This document shows, in pieces, positions 7,596-16,762 of a stretch of DNA of 34,489 nt. Below the pieces are notes generated by a model, which did not search any database, had not been told where the DNA came from, and saw only the letters and a list, made by a program, of their open reading frames with translations. A program made the translations under genes and the position numbers. The stretch is from positions 1 through 34,489 of IMG/VR virus record IMGVR_UViG_3300017777_004285, one strand, 5' to 3'. The stretch is from a virus. Its lineage: Duplodnaviria > Caudoviricetes. Positions within the stretch are counted from its first letter, which is position 1, and each line of letters opens with the position of its first letter.

Positions 7596-9023
7596 TTAGG
7601 ACGCTTTAATTTTGCTCAGCAATTGCTTGAGTTTTGCACTCTGCACATCGGCGTCAATACGCGGGGCATCCACACGAGGCTGGGCCCGAATCATTGGAGG
7701 AGGGGTGGATTCATTGCTGTCTGACACTGTAGTACGGGCTTTGATTGAATCCATGATTGCGCTGGGTTTGCGGAAGGCGTTGGCTGCAGCATCATCAATC
7801 CCAGGATCGGTGATACGCATTGTTTCAATGTTGTAATCTAAATCAATCTTTTGTCCCACGCCTGTACTACTACGTGACTTCATACATTGTATCTGATACT
7901 TGCCACGCTCTTTCATTGCACGACTAGTAAAGATACCAAACACATTATCTGCTGTGTTGATCTTTGAAATACCACCGCTGATATGCGAATGATCAAATTC
8001 AATTTCTTCCACTGCCGAGCGATTCAACTGTGACGCTGTGACCATTAGTATGCCCAGCTCTTTGGCCAGGTTACGCAATTCTTCACTCACGTACTTGTCC
8101 TTGACAAACAAGTCATTGGGGCTGACTTTGGCACTCACCGGCATCAACAAGTCCAAATAATCAATCATCATAAAGTCCACACGTATGCCTGTCTGGATCT
8201 GAACTTCTTTGAGATAACTGCGTATGTCATTGACATTGCTCTGTGCCGGCATTCCTTTGACTCGATACTGTCCGGATTTTTTAGCCACCAGTTTGATCTT
8301 GAGTGTTGTAGTGTCAACATCTCGACGTATGTCTTTGGTACTCATGCCAGTCAACATAGCATCAGTTCTCAGTGATGTGAGTTCTTCCGAGAGTTCCAAC
8401 GTAATATACACACCGCTGAGTCCTTGCTGTATCCAGTTCAGTGCAATGTTCATCATCACCAAACTCTTGCCCGACCCTGATCCACCGGCAAAGATGTTTA
8501 GTTCACCCCTACTAAATCCACCATACAACAAGCGATCCATCTGTGGCCATCCTGTGCTTACTTGTCCACCGCTGTTGAAATATCTGTTGATACGACCTGT
8601 GGGATCATCAAAATAATCTGTGCCCATGTCCTTGGTCAGACTAATCTGTACTGCATCTTTGATTAGTTTCTCCACGGGATCATAGTCGCCCTTTTCCAAC
8701 AAGTCCGCGGATTTTAAAATTGCACGTTCAAGTTCTTGACGGCGAGTAAATGCTTCAAACTCTGTCATGAACCATTCAAAGTGTCCCTCGTTGAGATCGC
8801 CAATGACCTGGAGTTGGATTCCAGTTGTGGCTGCTATCTGTGCGCGGTCCGGCAGAGTCTTGTGTTGGTCGCTGTGTTCTTTGATAAACTCAGCTGCGGG
8901 TCTGATACTGCGATCAAAGTTCTGTGGATTGTAGATGTTCTGGACGCGAACATAGCTCTGTGCATCCTCCAGCATCATTTCCAAAAATAACTTCTGTACA
9001 TCTATGTTATAATCTTTGATCAT
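7596..9023 (-). CDS. Replicative DNA helicase, DnaB/T4 gp41-like
   Basis: Walker A GGSGSGKS, ITLELSE, Walker B MMIDYLDL, TASQLNRS, KSR arginine finger. Confidence 0.93.
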   Translation of the reverse strand: MIKDYNIDVQKLFLEMMLEDAQSYVRVQNIYNPQNFDRSIRPAAEFIKEHSDQHKTLPDRAQIAATTGIQLQVIGDLNEGHFEWFMTEFEAFTRRQELERAILKSADLLEKGDYDPVEKLIKDAVQISLTKDMGTDYFDDPTGRINRYFNSGGQVSTGWPQMDRLLYGGFSRGELNIFAGGSGSGKSLVMMNIALNWIQQGLSGVYITLELSEELTSLRTDAMLTGMSTKDIRRDVDTTTLKIKLVAKKSGQYRVKGMPAQSNVNDIRSYLKEVQIQTGIRVDFMMIDYLDLLMPVSAKVSPNDLFVKDKYVSEELRNLAKELGILMVTASQLNRSAVEEIEFDHSHISGGISKINTADNVFGIFTSRAMKERGKYQIQCMKSRSSTGVGQKIDLDYNIETMRITDPGIDDAAANAFRKPSAIMDSIKARTTVSDSNESTPPPMIRAQPRVDAPRIDADVQSAKLKQLLSKIKAS

Positions 9024-9648
9024 CTATTTTTTGTGATATTTTCTTAGCAATGAGTTTGTGAGTAATTTTACCAAATGTCGCTGTATTGTGCTGCAGGCTG
9101 CAATCAACGTGATACTTATTGTATATTAAACACTGACAGATATCAACCTGGTGTTCTTCGTTATCCCAGTACACAATGTCATGGCTGAGTGTTTTAAAAA
9201 TTGGCACTGCACGTTGACAAAAATTGCTGTATTCTTTTTCAATTGCTTCTTGGGTATTGTTGAATTCAACTGTTGCGCCAACTCTTTTTCTATTCAAGTT
9301 GTTGAGTTGAAATATAACGTGACGTGGCGTTGCTGTGTCCAATATAGTTTCCAGCAATTCAATTTGTTCTGTGTTGGTGTGGGCATAGCAGCCCCAGGCA
9401 AAGTTGTAGACTGGTGTACCGGATTCAGTGGCTACAATTTCTGCAAATGTGTCGCTGATGTCCAAACCTATGCCAAACGCAATTGATCCTCCCAACACAA
9501 CAATGGCATTGGCGATATCATCAAACTCATGCCGGGATCTATATCCCAGGCTATTAAACCCGTAGTCAACATCAGTTTCATCGTCATAACCAAAGTTTTT
9601 TATGGTGTGATTCCGATGTTGATACATGTGGCTAGGTGCTGACAGCAT
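9007..9648 (-). CDS. SGNH/GDSL-hydrolase-like protein
   Basis: YGFNSLGYR, block I VVLGGSIAFGIG, block II VYNFAWG; the catalytic DxxH is unclear. Confidence 0.55.
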   Translation of the reverse strand: MLSAPSHMYQHRNHTIKNFGYDDETDVDYGFNSLGYRSRHEFDDIANAIVVLGGSIAFGIGLDISDTFAEIVATESGTPVYNFAWGCYAHTNTEQIELLETILDTATPRHVIFQLNNLNRKRVGATVEFNNTQEAIEKEYSNFCQRAVPIFKTLSHDIVYWDNEEHQVDICQCLIYNKYHVDCSLQHNTATFGKITHKLIAKKISQKIDDQRL

Positions 9649-9838
9649 TGATCAGCTCTCCCACAGTTTGAAACCATGTGTTGTCAGTGTTGACATTTAC
9701 TTTGAATGTTTTCATAACAAAATCCACAGTTATTGCTTCATCAAACAAGTCATAGTGCAAGTCGGCAAATGTTGTGGACAATGATATGTCTGCGCGGTTG
9801 GTGTAAAACTCTAGCCAATCAATTAAAATCTTTTCCAT
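9632..9838 (-). CDS. Acyl-carrier-protein-like protein lacking the phosphopantetheine serine
   Basis: STTFADLHYDLFDEAITVDFVMKTFKVNV...FQTVGELI aligns by eye with ACP [30 protein letters not shown]...ITTVQAAI; the gene overlaps both neighbours. Confidence 0.55.
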   Translation of the reverse strand: MEKILIDWLEFYTNRADISLSTTFADLHYDLFDEAITVDFVMKTFKVNVNTDNTWFQTVGELINAVST

Positions 9839-10530
9839 TGCTTGCTGTTGTATTGTTTGATGATGTCTGCAAATTGCGATTCTGCAATGGCAGTGATTTT
9901 TAGATACTCACACATTCGTGTGTACTCGTTGTAATTGCTTTCTAAAATTTGATCAACCTGTACTGGGTGTGGGGCGATCTGTGATACCTGTGCCAACTCA
10001 TCAAAACTGTAGACATGATGATTGAGATTTTTAATTATCACAAGTCGTTTGATCCTTTGATCAATTTTATCACTGTTGTAATTGTTGCCCAGTAATCCAG
10101 TCACAGATCGACGGTAAAAGTCTTGATCCTCTTGACTGATGACTTTTTCATACGCCCATCGCTCAGGTATGTAATGATTGCTGTGCGTCAGATACAATAC
10201 CCGTAAATTTTTAATAAAACAAAGATTGCGGGCCACATTGGGATGACATCTGAACAATACCAACTTATCACCTGCCAAGGCCTGTGTTGATCTTTCAGTG
10301 AGATATGATTGCCATTTATCTTCACTGACTGCCAAACTGTCTTGATAATCATGTAAATGATTAAACCAACTCTCGCCAAACTCATGTGCAGTGCCATCAG
10401 AAAAGTCTGTTTTTGTCACCAATTCGTATTGCAAGACCTCGGTACTCAACGCTGCCAGTGTGTATATCAACGATCCACAATATCCGGCTTTGTATGCAAT
10501 GGCAACTAGATTATTATTGGGTATGAGCAT
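9823..10530 (-). CDS. P-loop sulfotransferase/kinase-like hypothetical protein
   Basis: N-terminal strand-loop IAYKAGYCGSLI, FRCHP, C-terminal EYTRMCEYLKI pattern. Confidence 0.4.
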   Translation of the reverse strand: MLIPNNNLVAIAYKAGYCGSLIYTLAALSTEVLQYELVTKTDFSDGTAHEFGESWFNHLHDYQDSLAVSEDKWQSYLTERSTQALAGDKLVLFRCHPNVARNLCFIKNLRVLYLTHSNHYIPERWAYEKVISQEDQDFYRRSVTGLLGNNYNSDKIDQRIKRLVIIKNLNHHVYSFDELAQVSQIAPHPVQVDQILESNYNEYTRMCEYLKITAIAESQFADIIKQYNSKQWKRF

Positions 10531-10532
10531 CG

Positions 10533-11510
10533 CTATGGCCTTTTAATAAACTGTTTTTTTCTCATTTCAATTTTGATTCGACTGGTTTGTCGGGCTTGCA
10601 TTATGGTCATCAACGTGGTTAATTTTCCCAGCTGCACCACAGCATCATTGATGTCTTTACACCCGTTGGGCCAATCCGGCATACTCACTGACCAGCCTAG
10701 TTCAATAGCTCTATCAACCAGCGCCATCCCTGCTGCGTCTTGATCAGGCACTACAATTACTTCTTTGCCCAGCCGTCGTATGAGGTTAGCCTGCGGATCT
10801 GACACGGTGTTGTGCATCACTGCTACACCATCAATACTTAGGGCATCAAAAATACCCTCAACTACAATGACATTTTGCCAACTATCTTGTTGCAGATCTG
10901 TTCCAAACACATAGTTCACTGGCATTAAATTGATATACTTGGGTGTGCGATCATCAAGAAAACGTTGCGTATATCCCACCACTGAGTTGTTATAGGTAAA
11001 CGGTATAATTACGCTGACTCTTGAATCGTCTCTATCACTTTCATCTTGCATCATAAAAGGATAGTTTTGCGGAGCCCGTCGCTGTTGCAAGTATTTCCAA
11101 TGTTCAGCGTTGTGCCCTGTTATGACATAGCTACCAATTGGCAATTCGCGCTCGGGAAAATTTACATTGGCCAGAGCATCAACGGTGCGTTGTCGATCTT
11201 GCAATATACCATTGATGTTGCGATGTCGTAGACTTTCAAGATTGACTCGTTCAATTTCTTCTTCGCCAACACCCAACCATCCCAGCAACTTTCGTGATTT
11301 GAAAGATAAGTTTCGGCCAAGTATAAAACTAGCAGTATATCCACAGTTGAAACAGTGGTAACTCCAGCCCTGATCTGATGGCTTGATGCCACCGCGTTGT
11401 CGACGGTCTGGGTTATTGCCATTATGCTGACAGCACACAGCATTGAAACTTATCCAACCAGAGGCTGTTTGTTTTCGTCGGGCAGGCAAGTAAGATAAGA
11501 CATCAATCAT
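10533..11510 (-). CDS. DNA primase, T4 gp61-like
   Basis: Zn-binding CCQH...YHCFNCG, TOPRIM VVEGIFDAL and PDQD, CKDINDA. Confidence 0.92.
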   Translation of the reverse strand: MIDVLSYLPARRKQTASGWISFNAVCCQHNGNNPDRRQRGGIKPSDQGWSYHCFNCGYTASFILGRNLSFKSRKLLGWLGVGEEEIERVNLESLRHRNINGILQDRQRTVDALANVNFPERELPIGSYVITGHNAEHWKYLQQRRAPQNYPFMMQDESDRDDSRVSVIIPFTYNNSVVGYTQRFLDDRTPKYINLMPVNYVFGTDLQQDSWQNVIVVEGIFDALSIDGVAVMHNTVSDPQANLIRRLGKEVIVVPDQDAAGMALVDRAIELGWSVSMPDWPNGCKDINDAVVQLGKLTTLMTIMQARQTSRIKIEMRKKQFIKRP

Positions 11511-11516
11511 TCTTGT

Positions 11517-11545
11517 ATTATAGACGAATCTACTTGATAAATCAA
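11517..11545 (-). promoter_or_regulatory. Sigma70-type promoter, leaderless, for primase
   Basis: TTGATT-17-TATAAT, then 6 nt to the ATG at 11510; no SD. Confidence 0.8.
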
Positions 11546-11587
11546 GAGATCTGAATTGTCCAGGCTGCCGTACTTGCTGAAATTGAG

Positions 11588-12664
11588 TTAACGAAAAGTT
11601 ACCTGTTCAACCAATCCTGGAATAATTGTTACCTGAGCTGCTATTTGACTTGGTGGCAATGGACTGTACCCATTTCCACCGTTGGTCACCGAGATATTGG
11701 TAATGGTTCCACTGTTGTTGATAGTGGCCACTGCAGTGGCACCTGATCCTGCGCCGGATATTATTACCAAAGGTTCGGCTAGATATCCTGATCCTGCATT
11801 TTGTAGATTGACAGCAGTGACGGTGCCATTGACCACTGTGGCATTGGCCAACGCTGTTGTAGCTCCATTGACACCCCCGTATTGATTTATTGCCAGGCGT
11901 AATAGATTGTGATGCCCAAATGCATTGATAGATACGTTAGATGAATTGGCATAAAAGGATTGACTATCGGTGGCAGTGTACCATGGACTTTCATATGTTT
12001 CAGCCCCCTGAATCTTGATATTACCAGTAAATTTGTTGAGTTCAAGAACAAACGTACCGACCCCTCTGCCCCCATTGACATAGCTTGAATAATTTTCAGC
12101 AGTTGAGATAGGTGGAGATTGTACTGGTAACGCCCAGTCCGGCATTGATGAATATGGCTGCTGACTTGGGTAGTCTGGTATGCCGTATATGCTGGGAATA
12201 GTGACAACTTGGCTGGGCACAAACTGAGGGAATGTTGAATCTAAGATTGTTGCTTGCCCTCGTCCGTCGGCACCTTCGCCCACAAATGCTGTTTGATGCA
12301 GATTTCCAGAATAACGTTCAATGCTGTAACTGGCCGGTTGTGCATCAATTAAATCTAGTACATCATTGGGCAACGTGACTTTTACTCGGCCATATACAGC
12401 ACTTAGTATTTCCATGTCCTGAATCATCAATAGTTCTGTACCAGACTGATCAATGAGCCTAAATTTAAACTCACTGCCAGTTACATTTACAGGCTTTTGA
12501 TCTTGATTGACAAATTCAAACAGGAGTACATTGTCAACTCCTTTGTTGATGGTAATGGGTTTTGAGTACACTGGTTTCCACCTCGCTGTGAAATAGGCAC
12601 CACTGGTGTCAATCAATAAAACTGGATAACGCTGTTGATATAAATACGCCGTGGTTGAATACAT
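11588..12664 (-). CDS. Virion structural protein (baseplate/tail-associated-like)
   Basis: Start revised to the ATG at 12664 (GGAG RBS); beta-rich; C-terminal NAGSGY...GAGSGATAVA...VTNGGNGY repeats typical of T4-like baseplate/tail proteins. Confidence 0.65.
   Translation of the reverse strand: MYSTTAYLYQQRYPVLLIDTSGAYFTARWKPVYSKPITINKGVDNVLLFEFVNQDQKPVNVTGSEFKFRLIDQSGTELLMIQDMEILSAVYGRVKVTLPNDVLDLIDAQPASYSIERYSGNLHQTAFVGEGADGRGQATILDSTFPQFVPSQVVTIPSIYGIPDYPSQQPYSSMPDWALPVQSPPISTAENYSSYVNGGRGVGTFVLELNKFTGNIKIQGAETYESPWYTATDSQSFYANSSNVSINAFGHHNLLRLAINQYGGVNGATTALANATVVNGTVTAVNLQNAGSGYLAEPLVIISGAGSGATAVATINNSGTITNISVTNGGNGYSPLPPSQIAAQVTIIPGLVEQVTFR
12639..12646 (+). promoter_or_regulatory. Canonical T4 late promoter TATAAATA for 12686..13063
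   Basis: Exact TATAAATA, 39 nt upstream of the ATG. Confidence 0.65.
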
Positions 12665-12680
12665 AGGAATCTCCAATTAA

Positions 12681-12688
12681 TATTTATG
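12681..12688 (-). promoter_or_regulatory. T4-like late promoter (CATAAATA) for 11588..12664
   Basis: Overlaps the start codon of the divergent gene. Confidence 0.65.
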
Positions 12689-13063
12689 GGCAGTGACTTT
12701 TTTACAAAATTAGCCGAAAAGTACCCTTTTATCACGTTGTGTGTGTATGCAACCAACGAGTATGTGGGTATCATTCAAAATCGTAACGATACGATTACAA
12801 CTATCTACGATTTTGGTAGTTTGATTGACACCCTGCAGAAACAAAAATTTCTGGATTTGGCCAATGTTTGGTGGTGGGAGAGCAACCGATCAATTCCCAT
12901 CAATATATTCCTGCGCGGAGATTGGGATGAGTTTCGACCCAGTTTGCGTACTTTTATCAACAGAGATCTAGAGATTGTGCATGGGCCTGTGTGCAGCTTG
13001 AGTGACATTGCCAAGAAGAAGAGCAAAAGAAAATCAATTACCTTGGTCCGCAAGGTTGATTAG
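12686..13063 (+). CDS. Phage hypothetical protein
   Basis: 125 aa; KYPFIT...YVGIIQN...WWWESNRSIPINIFL; basic C-terminus. Confidence 0.75.
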   Translation: MGSDFFTKLAEKYPFITLCVYATNEYVGIIQNRNDTITTIYDFGSLIDTLQKQKFLDLANVWWWESNRSIPINIFLRGDWDEFRPSLRTFINRDLEIVHGPVCSLSDIAKKKSKRKSITLVRKVD

Positions 13064-13627
13064 ATTCATATGCAGTGTGACCAACACTGCATAGCTCACT
13101 GCATGTGCTTTTTTGAAGCTGTATCCATCGGCAGCACTGTCCCAAACTGTGGCTGCAATGTCTTGCCAACTTCTCCCAACTAGATGGCGTTTTCCCGGAC
13201 GTATCAATGATAGAAACATAGACATTCTAGGTATGCTGTCAACAGGCTCGGGCATGCGCTGCAGTAAATCATAATGATTTCCAATATGTACCACACGTTG
13301 TACAAATGCAGGATCTTGCAATCTTGCCCAAGGCGGTGTAGTGGCCAACAGTTGATCGTAATGTACCGTGTCACGAATACCTTGATACACAGACATATTC
13401 AGCAAATCTAATTTAAAATATCCACGCTGTTCGGCTGCATGATAATCAATTGCAGCACATTGATTGACCGGATCCCAGGGAATGTCAGTGACATACACGC
13501 CCGAGTTGTGCCGACGAACTTCGCCTTGAGTGATCTGACGTGCAGCGGTATATTGGATCAACTGCAGAATCTGATTGCGATCTGCAAAGTCAATGTCAAT
13601 GTCAGGAGTTTTTATTGATGATGTCAT
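13034..13627 (-). CDS. dnaE: Miniature/split DNA polymerase III alpha (DnaE) catalytic fragment
   Basis: PDIDIDF, HNSGVY, GYFKLDLLN, SLIRPG, GYSFKKAHAVSYA occur in DnaE order within 197 aa. Confidence 0.85.
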   Translation of the reverse strand: MTSSIKTPDIDIDFADRNQILQLIQYTAARQITQGEVRRHNSGVYVTDIPWDPVNQCAAIDYHAAEQRGYFKLDLLNMSVYQGIRDTVHYDQLLATTPPWARLQDPAFVQRVVHIGNHYDLLQRMPEPVDSIPRMSMFLSLIRPGKRHLVGRSWQDIAATVWDSAADGYSFKKAHAVSYAVLVTLHMNLINLADQGN

Positions 13628-14756
13628 AGAGTTCTCGTCCAGCCTGACTTGATATTAACATACAGCGAACTTGATTGTCAATTAAGATTTTTTCAGCAAA
13701 ATAAGATTTAAATACTTCTGGATGCTGCCAGAGCCATTGAATTGCCGTGGCCTGTTGTACATATCGCTCTTGGTGATCTAATATGCCATCAAATGCTTGA
13801 TGTTCGGGAGATAACAAGTGCCAGGCAGTTTTAAACCCAATGTCTTGGTATAATTGATGAGTATATGCTCCGCCTACAGGCATTGGAAATTTACGATTTA
13901 CAAAACATCTTAGAGGTTTCTCAGTCAACGCAATCTGACCATTTTGCCAGGTTGTTTCTGGGTAAACAATTGTTTGATTGTTACGAACAACGTCAATTAT
14001 TCTGTCCTCAAAAAAAGTTGCACCGTACCTACCATTAACCCCAGCCGGAAGTGGAGGCCATCTCTTTGGAGGTGGCATAGGATTCATTTTGTTGTTGGCA
14101 TAGGCATGATTAGCCCATTCTCTGAATTTGGTATCTTCGGCAGTTTCGTGAAAATACTGTCCGATAGAGTCAACAATGCCATTGTGAAGATCGTTATGGT
14201 GCGGCATGTCCGGAACATACTCTTGAAGCACACCGGTTAAAAACTCTCTCACAGAACGATTTCGACCGTTAACATAAATCATACCAGTCAAGGGTTTATA
14301 GATATCATTTAATTCATAGCTCTGGGGGAATACACTTTCAACATAGTAGCGACGATGATGTCCCCAATTTATACTGGTGTTGATTATACGATTTTTGTAG
14401 GGATGATCAACTGGTAGAATACTGTTGCAAAGTAATCTAGTATGTGGCACTGTATCTAATATATTGTACAACATCCGATCACCAACTCCAAATGGTTCAT
14501 CACCGTTGTCAAGTGCAATCAAATCATATTGAGCTAAATTAGATGGGTATTGAATAGCGGACATCCCTAACTCATCATTATTTGGGTCAATTGTGCTGCT
14601 TAAAAACAATATATTGTATTTGCCTGGCTCTGGTGAACCAAAGGTAATCGTAGGAGTCTGTTGATACCCAGTGACATATTGCCAATACCCCACAAGATAG
14701 TCAAATACTTCTAGACCAAGACAATCCCGTTGCATGGTATCAATACAAATATTCAT
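13602..14756 (-). CDS. Putative glycosyltransferase-like protein (GT-B/GT10-like C-terminus)
   Basis: IVYPET...LTEKPLRC...FPMPVGG...GFKT...FDGILDHQERY. Confidence 0.4.
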   Translation of the reverse strand: MNICIDTMQRDCLGLEVFDYLVGYWQYVTGYQQTPTITFGSPEPGKYNILFLSSTIDPNNDELGMSAIQYPSNLAQYDLIALDNGDEPFGVGDRMLYNILDTVPHTRLLCNSILPVDHPYKNRIINTSINWGHHRRYYVESVFPQSYELNDIYKPLTGMIYVNGRNRSVREFLTGVLQEYVPDMPHHNDLHNGIVDSIGQYFHETAEDTKFREWANHAYANNKMNPMPPPKRWPPLPAGVNGRYGATFFEDRIIDVVRNNQTIVYPETTWQNGQIALTEKPLRCFVNRKFPMPVGGAYTHQLYQDIGFKTAWHLLSPEHQAFDGILDHQERYVQQATAIQWLWQHPEVFKSYFAEKILIDNQVRCMLISSQAGRELYDIINKNS

Positions 14757-15445
14757 AACTTAGCTTCCTTTAAAATATGCCTGCACCATTCTACATCAGC
14801 AGGGTAGTCGTGGAAGCGATGATTCCAATGATCAGGATCAATCCAATTAATAACCATACCCAGGTGTTCTGGACCAAGGCTATCAAGCCATTCAATACCA
14901 CTATCACAATTGTAAACAATCCAAGGACTAACACGACCGGTGCTAATGTGATGGCAAATACGATTAGCATTGCCATAGCGAAAATAATCATTATAACTAG
15001 CGAGCCCACTATTTCCATCAGCATAGTCTTGCATCTCCCGTAATGCACGTTCCAGTGCGTCTTGTGGCGCTTCACGTTTGACATATTCCAGCAACCACTC
15101 TTCGTAAAAGCTATCCCGGTGCCATTGATCTAACTTCTTGTTGTTCTTTAGGAGCCATGCAGTAAAACTGTTGCTATTGATAACGCGAATAGCAACCAAA
15201 TGTCTACCGTAACGAACGAAAGCCCGATAATAAGGACTGTTAACAAAATCTGCATATGATTTCAGCCTGGCGCTGCCCTGTGTGGTTTCATAAAATTGTA
15301 AGTATGCTCTAAGACCAAACTGCACACCTGTTTCTGTTTCTTGTTGCCAACGTTGTTTTTGCTCACAGAGATGCACAGCAAGAGTTGATTCTCGACGGAA
15401 ACTCTTTTGACAATACTGGCATTGATGTGTTACTTCATTTGTCAT
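14753..15445 (-). CDS. Zinc-finger phage protein
   Basis: Start revised to the ATG at 15445; CQYCQKSFRRESTLAVHLC. Confidence 0.7.
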   Translation of the reverse strand: MTNEVTHQCQYCQKSFRRESTLAVHLCEQKQRWQQETETGVQFGLRAYLQFYETTQGSARLKSYADFVNSPYYRAFVRYGRHLVAIRVINSNSFTAWLLKNNKKLDQWHRDSFYEEWLLEYVKREAPQDALERALREMQDYADGNSGLASYNDYFRYGNANRICHHISTGRVSPWIVYNCDSGIEWLDSLGPEHLGMVINWIDPDHWNHRFHDYPADVEWCRHILKEAKL

Positions 15446-15884
15446 TGCCCAGCTCTCGCTGATACACATCAAGATCTTTCTGTGTGATCAATGCACTCAG
15501 CACGTCGGCGTCACTGAGTTTCATGTTGGGAAACAAGTTCAACAATTGTTTTTTCTTGCTGCCAGTTGCTGCGGACCCTTCTTTTTTCTTGGGGGCGACC
15601 CATTGATGTCTCTGCGATCCCAGTCCTGGACTCACTGCAGTGGCGCATAACCATTGCAATTTAGGATGTCGGTTTATGGCAAAGAAGTGGCGATTGAGTC
15701 TTTCGTTTGTGGCTATCAAGTAAAACTCTTGTATCTCACGAGATCCTTGTACTGCGCTGCCCCACCGTAGCATCAGATAATTTGAAAACTTTTTGCGTTC
15801 TTCATCTGTGAGTTCATCATAGAAGTCACGATTCTTTGAATCAAATTGCAGCATCTCATTTTGAATTGATAACTTGTCACTCAA
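15435..15884 (-). CDS. Putative clamp-loader small subunit, T4 gp62-like
   Basis: FSNYLMLRWGS / ATNERLN / KLQW / RHQWVAPKKK pattern parallels gp62 family motifs; size and replication context fit. Confidence 0.5.
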   Translation of the reverse strand: MSDKLSIQNEMLQFDSKNRDFYDELTDEERKKFSNYLMLRWGSAVQGSREIQEFYLIATNERLNRHFFAINRHPKLQWLCATAVSPGLGSQRHQWVAPKKKEGSAATGSKKKQLLNLFPNMKLSDADVLSALITQKDLDVYQRELGNDK

Positions 15885-16762
15885 ATTGGCACCTCTAGTA
15901 TTAGTTTATTCCATGTACGATAATAACGCTCAATGAAATCAATGTCAATCGCTTCAAGTTCAAACAACTCATAATAGCGTTGTATCACAGGTTTGGTCAG
16001 CGACCAATCAAGATACATGTCACCATCAAGCCAAATTGGAGCATTTTTATAGGCACTCAAAACTGCATTCAACTGTTGGCGTTGAGATTTTGCCAACAGT
16101 TGTACAGCAACAGGATGCTGAACAAAGCGAAATATTTCTAAATTGAATGTAGTTGATAATTCGTTTTGTATGTGTGCTGGCAAGGAACAAAATTCATCCC
16201 AGGTCTCAGGAGCAACATTGGGCCAATCTACACCTCTGACATCGTCCCAGTACATCTGTAATTCTAGTCTAGAATAATTGACTCGACGTTTCTGTAGGAA
16301 TTTTTCACAATTTTCAAACACAATGATTCGAGCATTGCGCCAAACTTTTAATAGTCCTGCAAGATGTGCCGCGTCATGCACGTCAATAAAAAACTTTAGA
16401 TTACTGTTGGTTAGTTCACTAACGCCGGCATACCAAGGCCAATATTGTGCAGTAGCAGGATCTTTGGCCACATACAATCCTTCATCAACTCCCAGCAATG
16501 TGGTAGATCCCATGTCAAGATCTGACCAGCAACCAGTGACACCTGCAAGTACGTCTTGTATCAACTGTTTTTTATCATCTGATGTTACATTGCCGTTGAG
16601 CTGGCGCTGTGTGAGTGGCATGTTTTGTAGGCAAGCATTGTTGGCTACACCCAGGCTGTTGATAAGAAATTTACCCCCGGCTCCCCAGGGATATACCACC
16701 AATACAATGTTTGGCGTGTCAAAGTTAATTGCGGGCCTAGGCCATGCGTCTGCAGTTACCAT
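15881..16762 (-). CDS. P-loop sulfotransferase-like hypothetical protein
   Basis: VVYPWGAGGKFLINSL; internal YWDDVRGVDWP...EFCSLPAHIQNEL module. Confidence 0.4.
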   Translation of the reverse strand: MVTADAWPRPAINFDTPNIVLVVYPWGAGGKFLINSLGVANNACLQNMPLTQRQLNGNVTSDDKKQLIQDVLAGVTGCWSDLDMGSTTLLGVDEGLYVAKDPATAQYWPWYAGVSELTNSNLKFFIDVHDAAHLAGLLKVWRNARIIVFENCEKFLQKRRVNYSRLELQMYWDDVRGVDWPNVAPETWDEFCSLPAHIQNELSTTFNLEIFRFVQHPVAVQLLAKSQRQQLNAVLSAYKNAPIWLDGDMYLDWSLTKPVIQRYYELFELEAIDIDFIERYYRTWNKLILEVPI

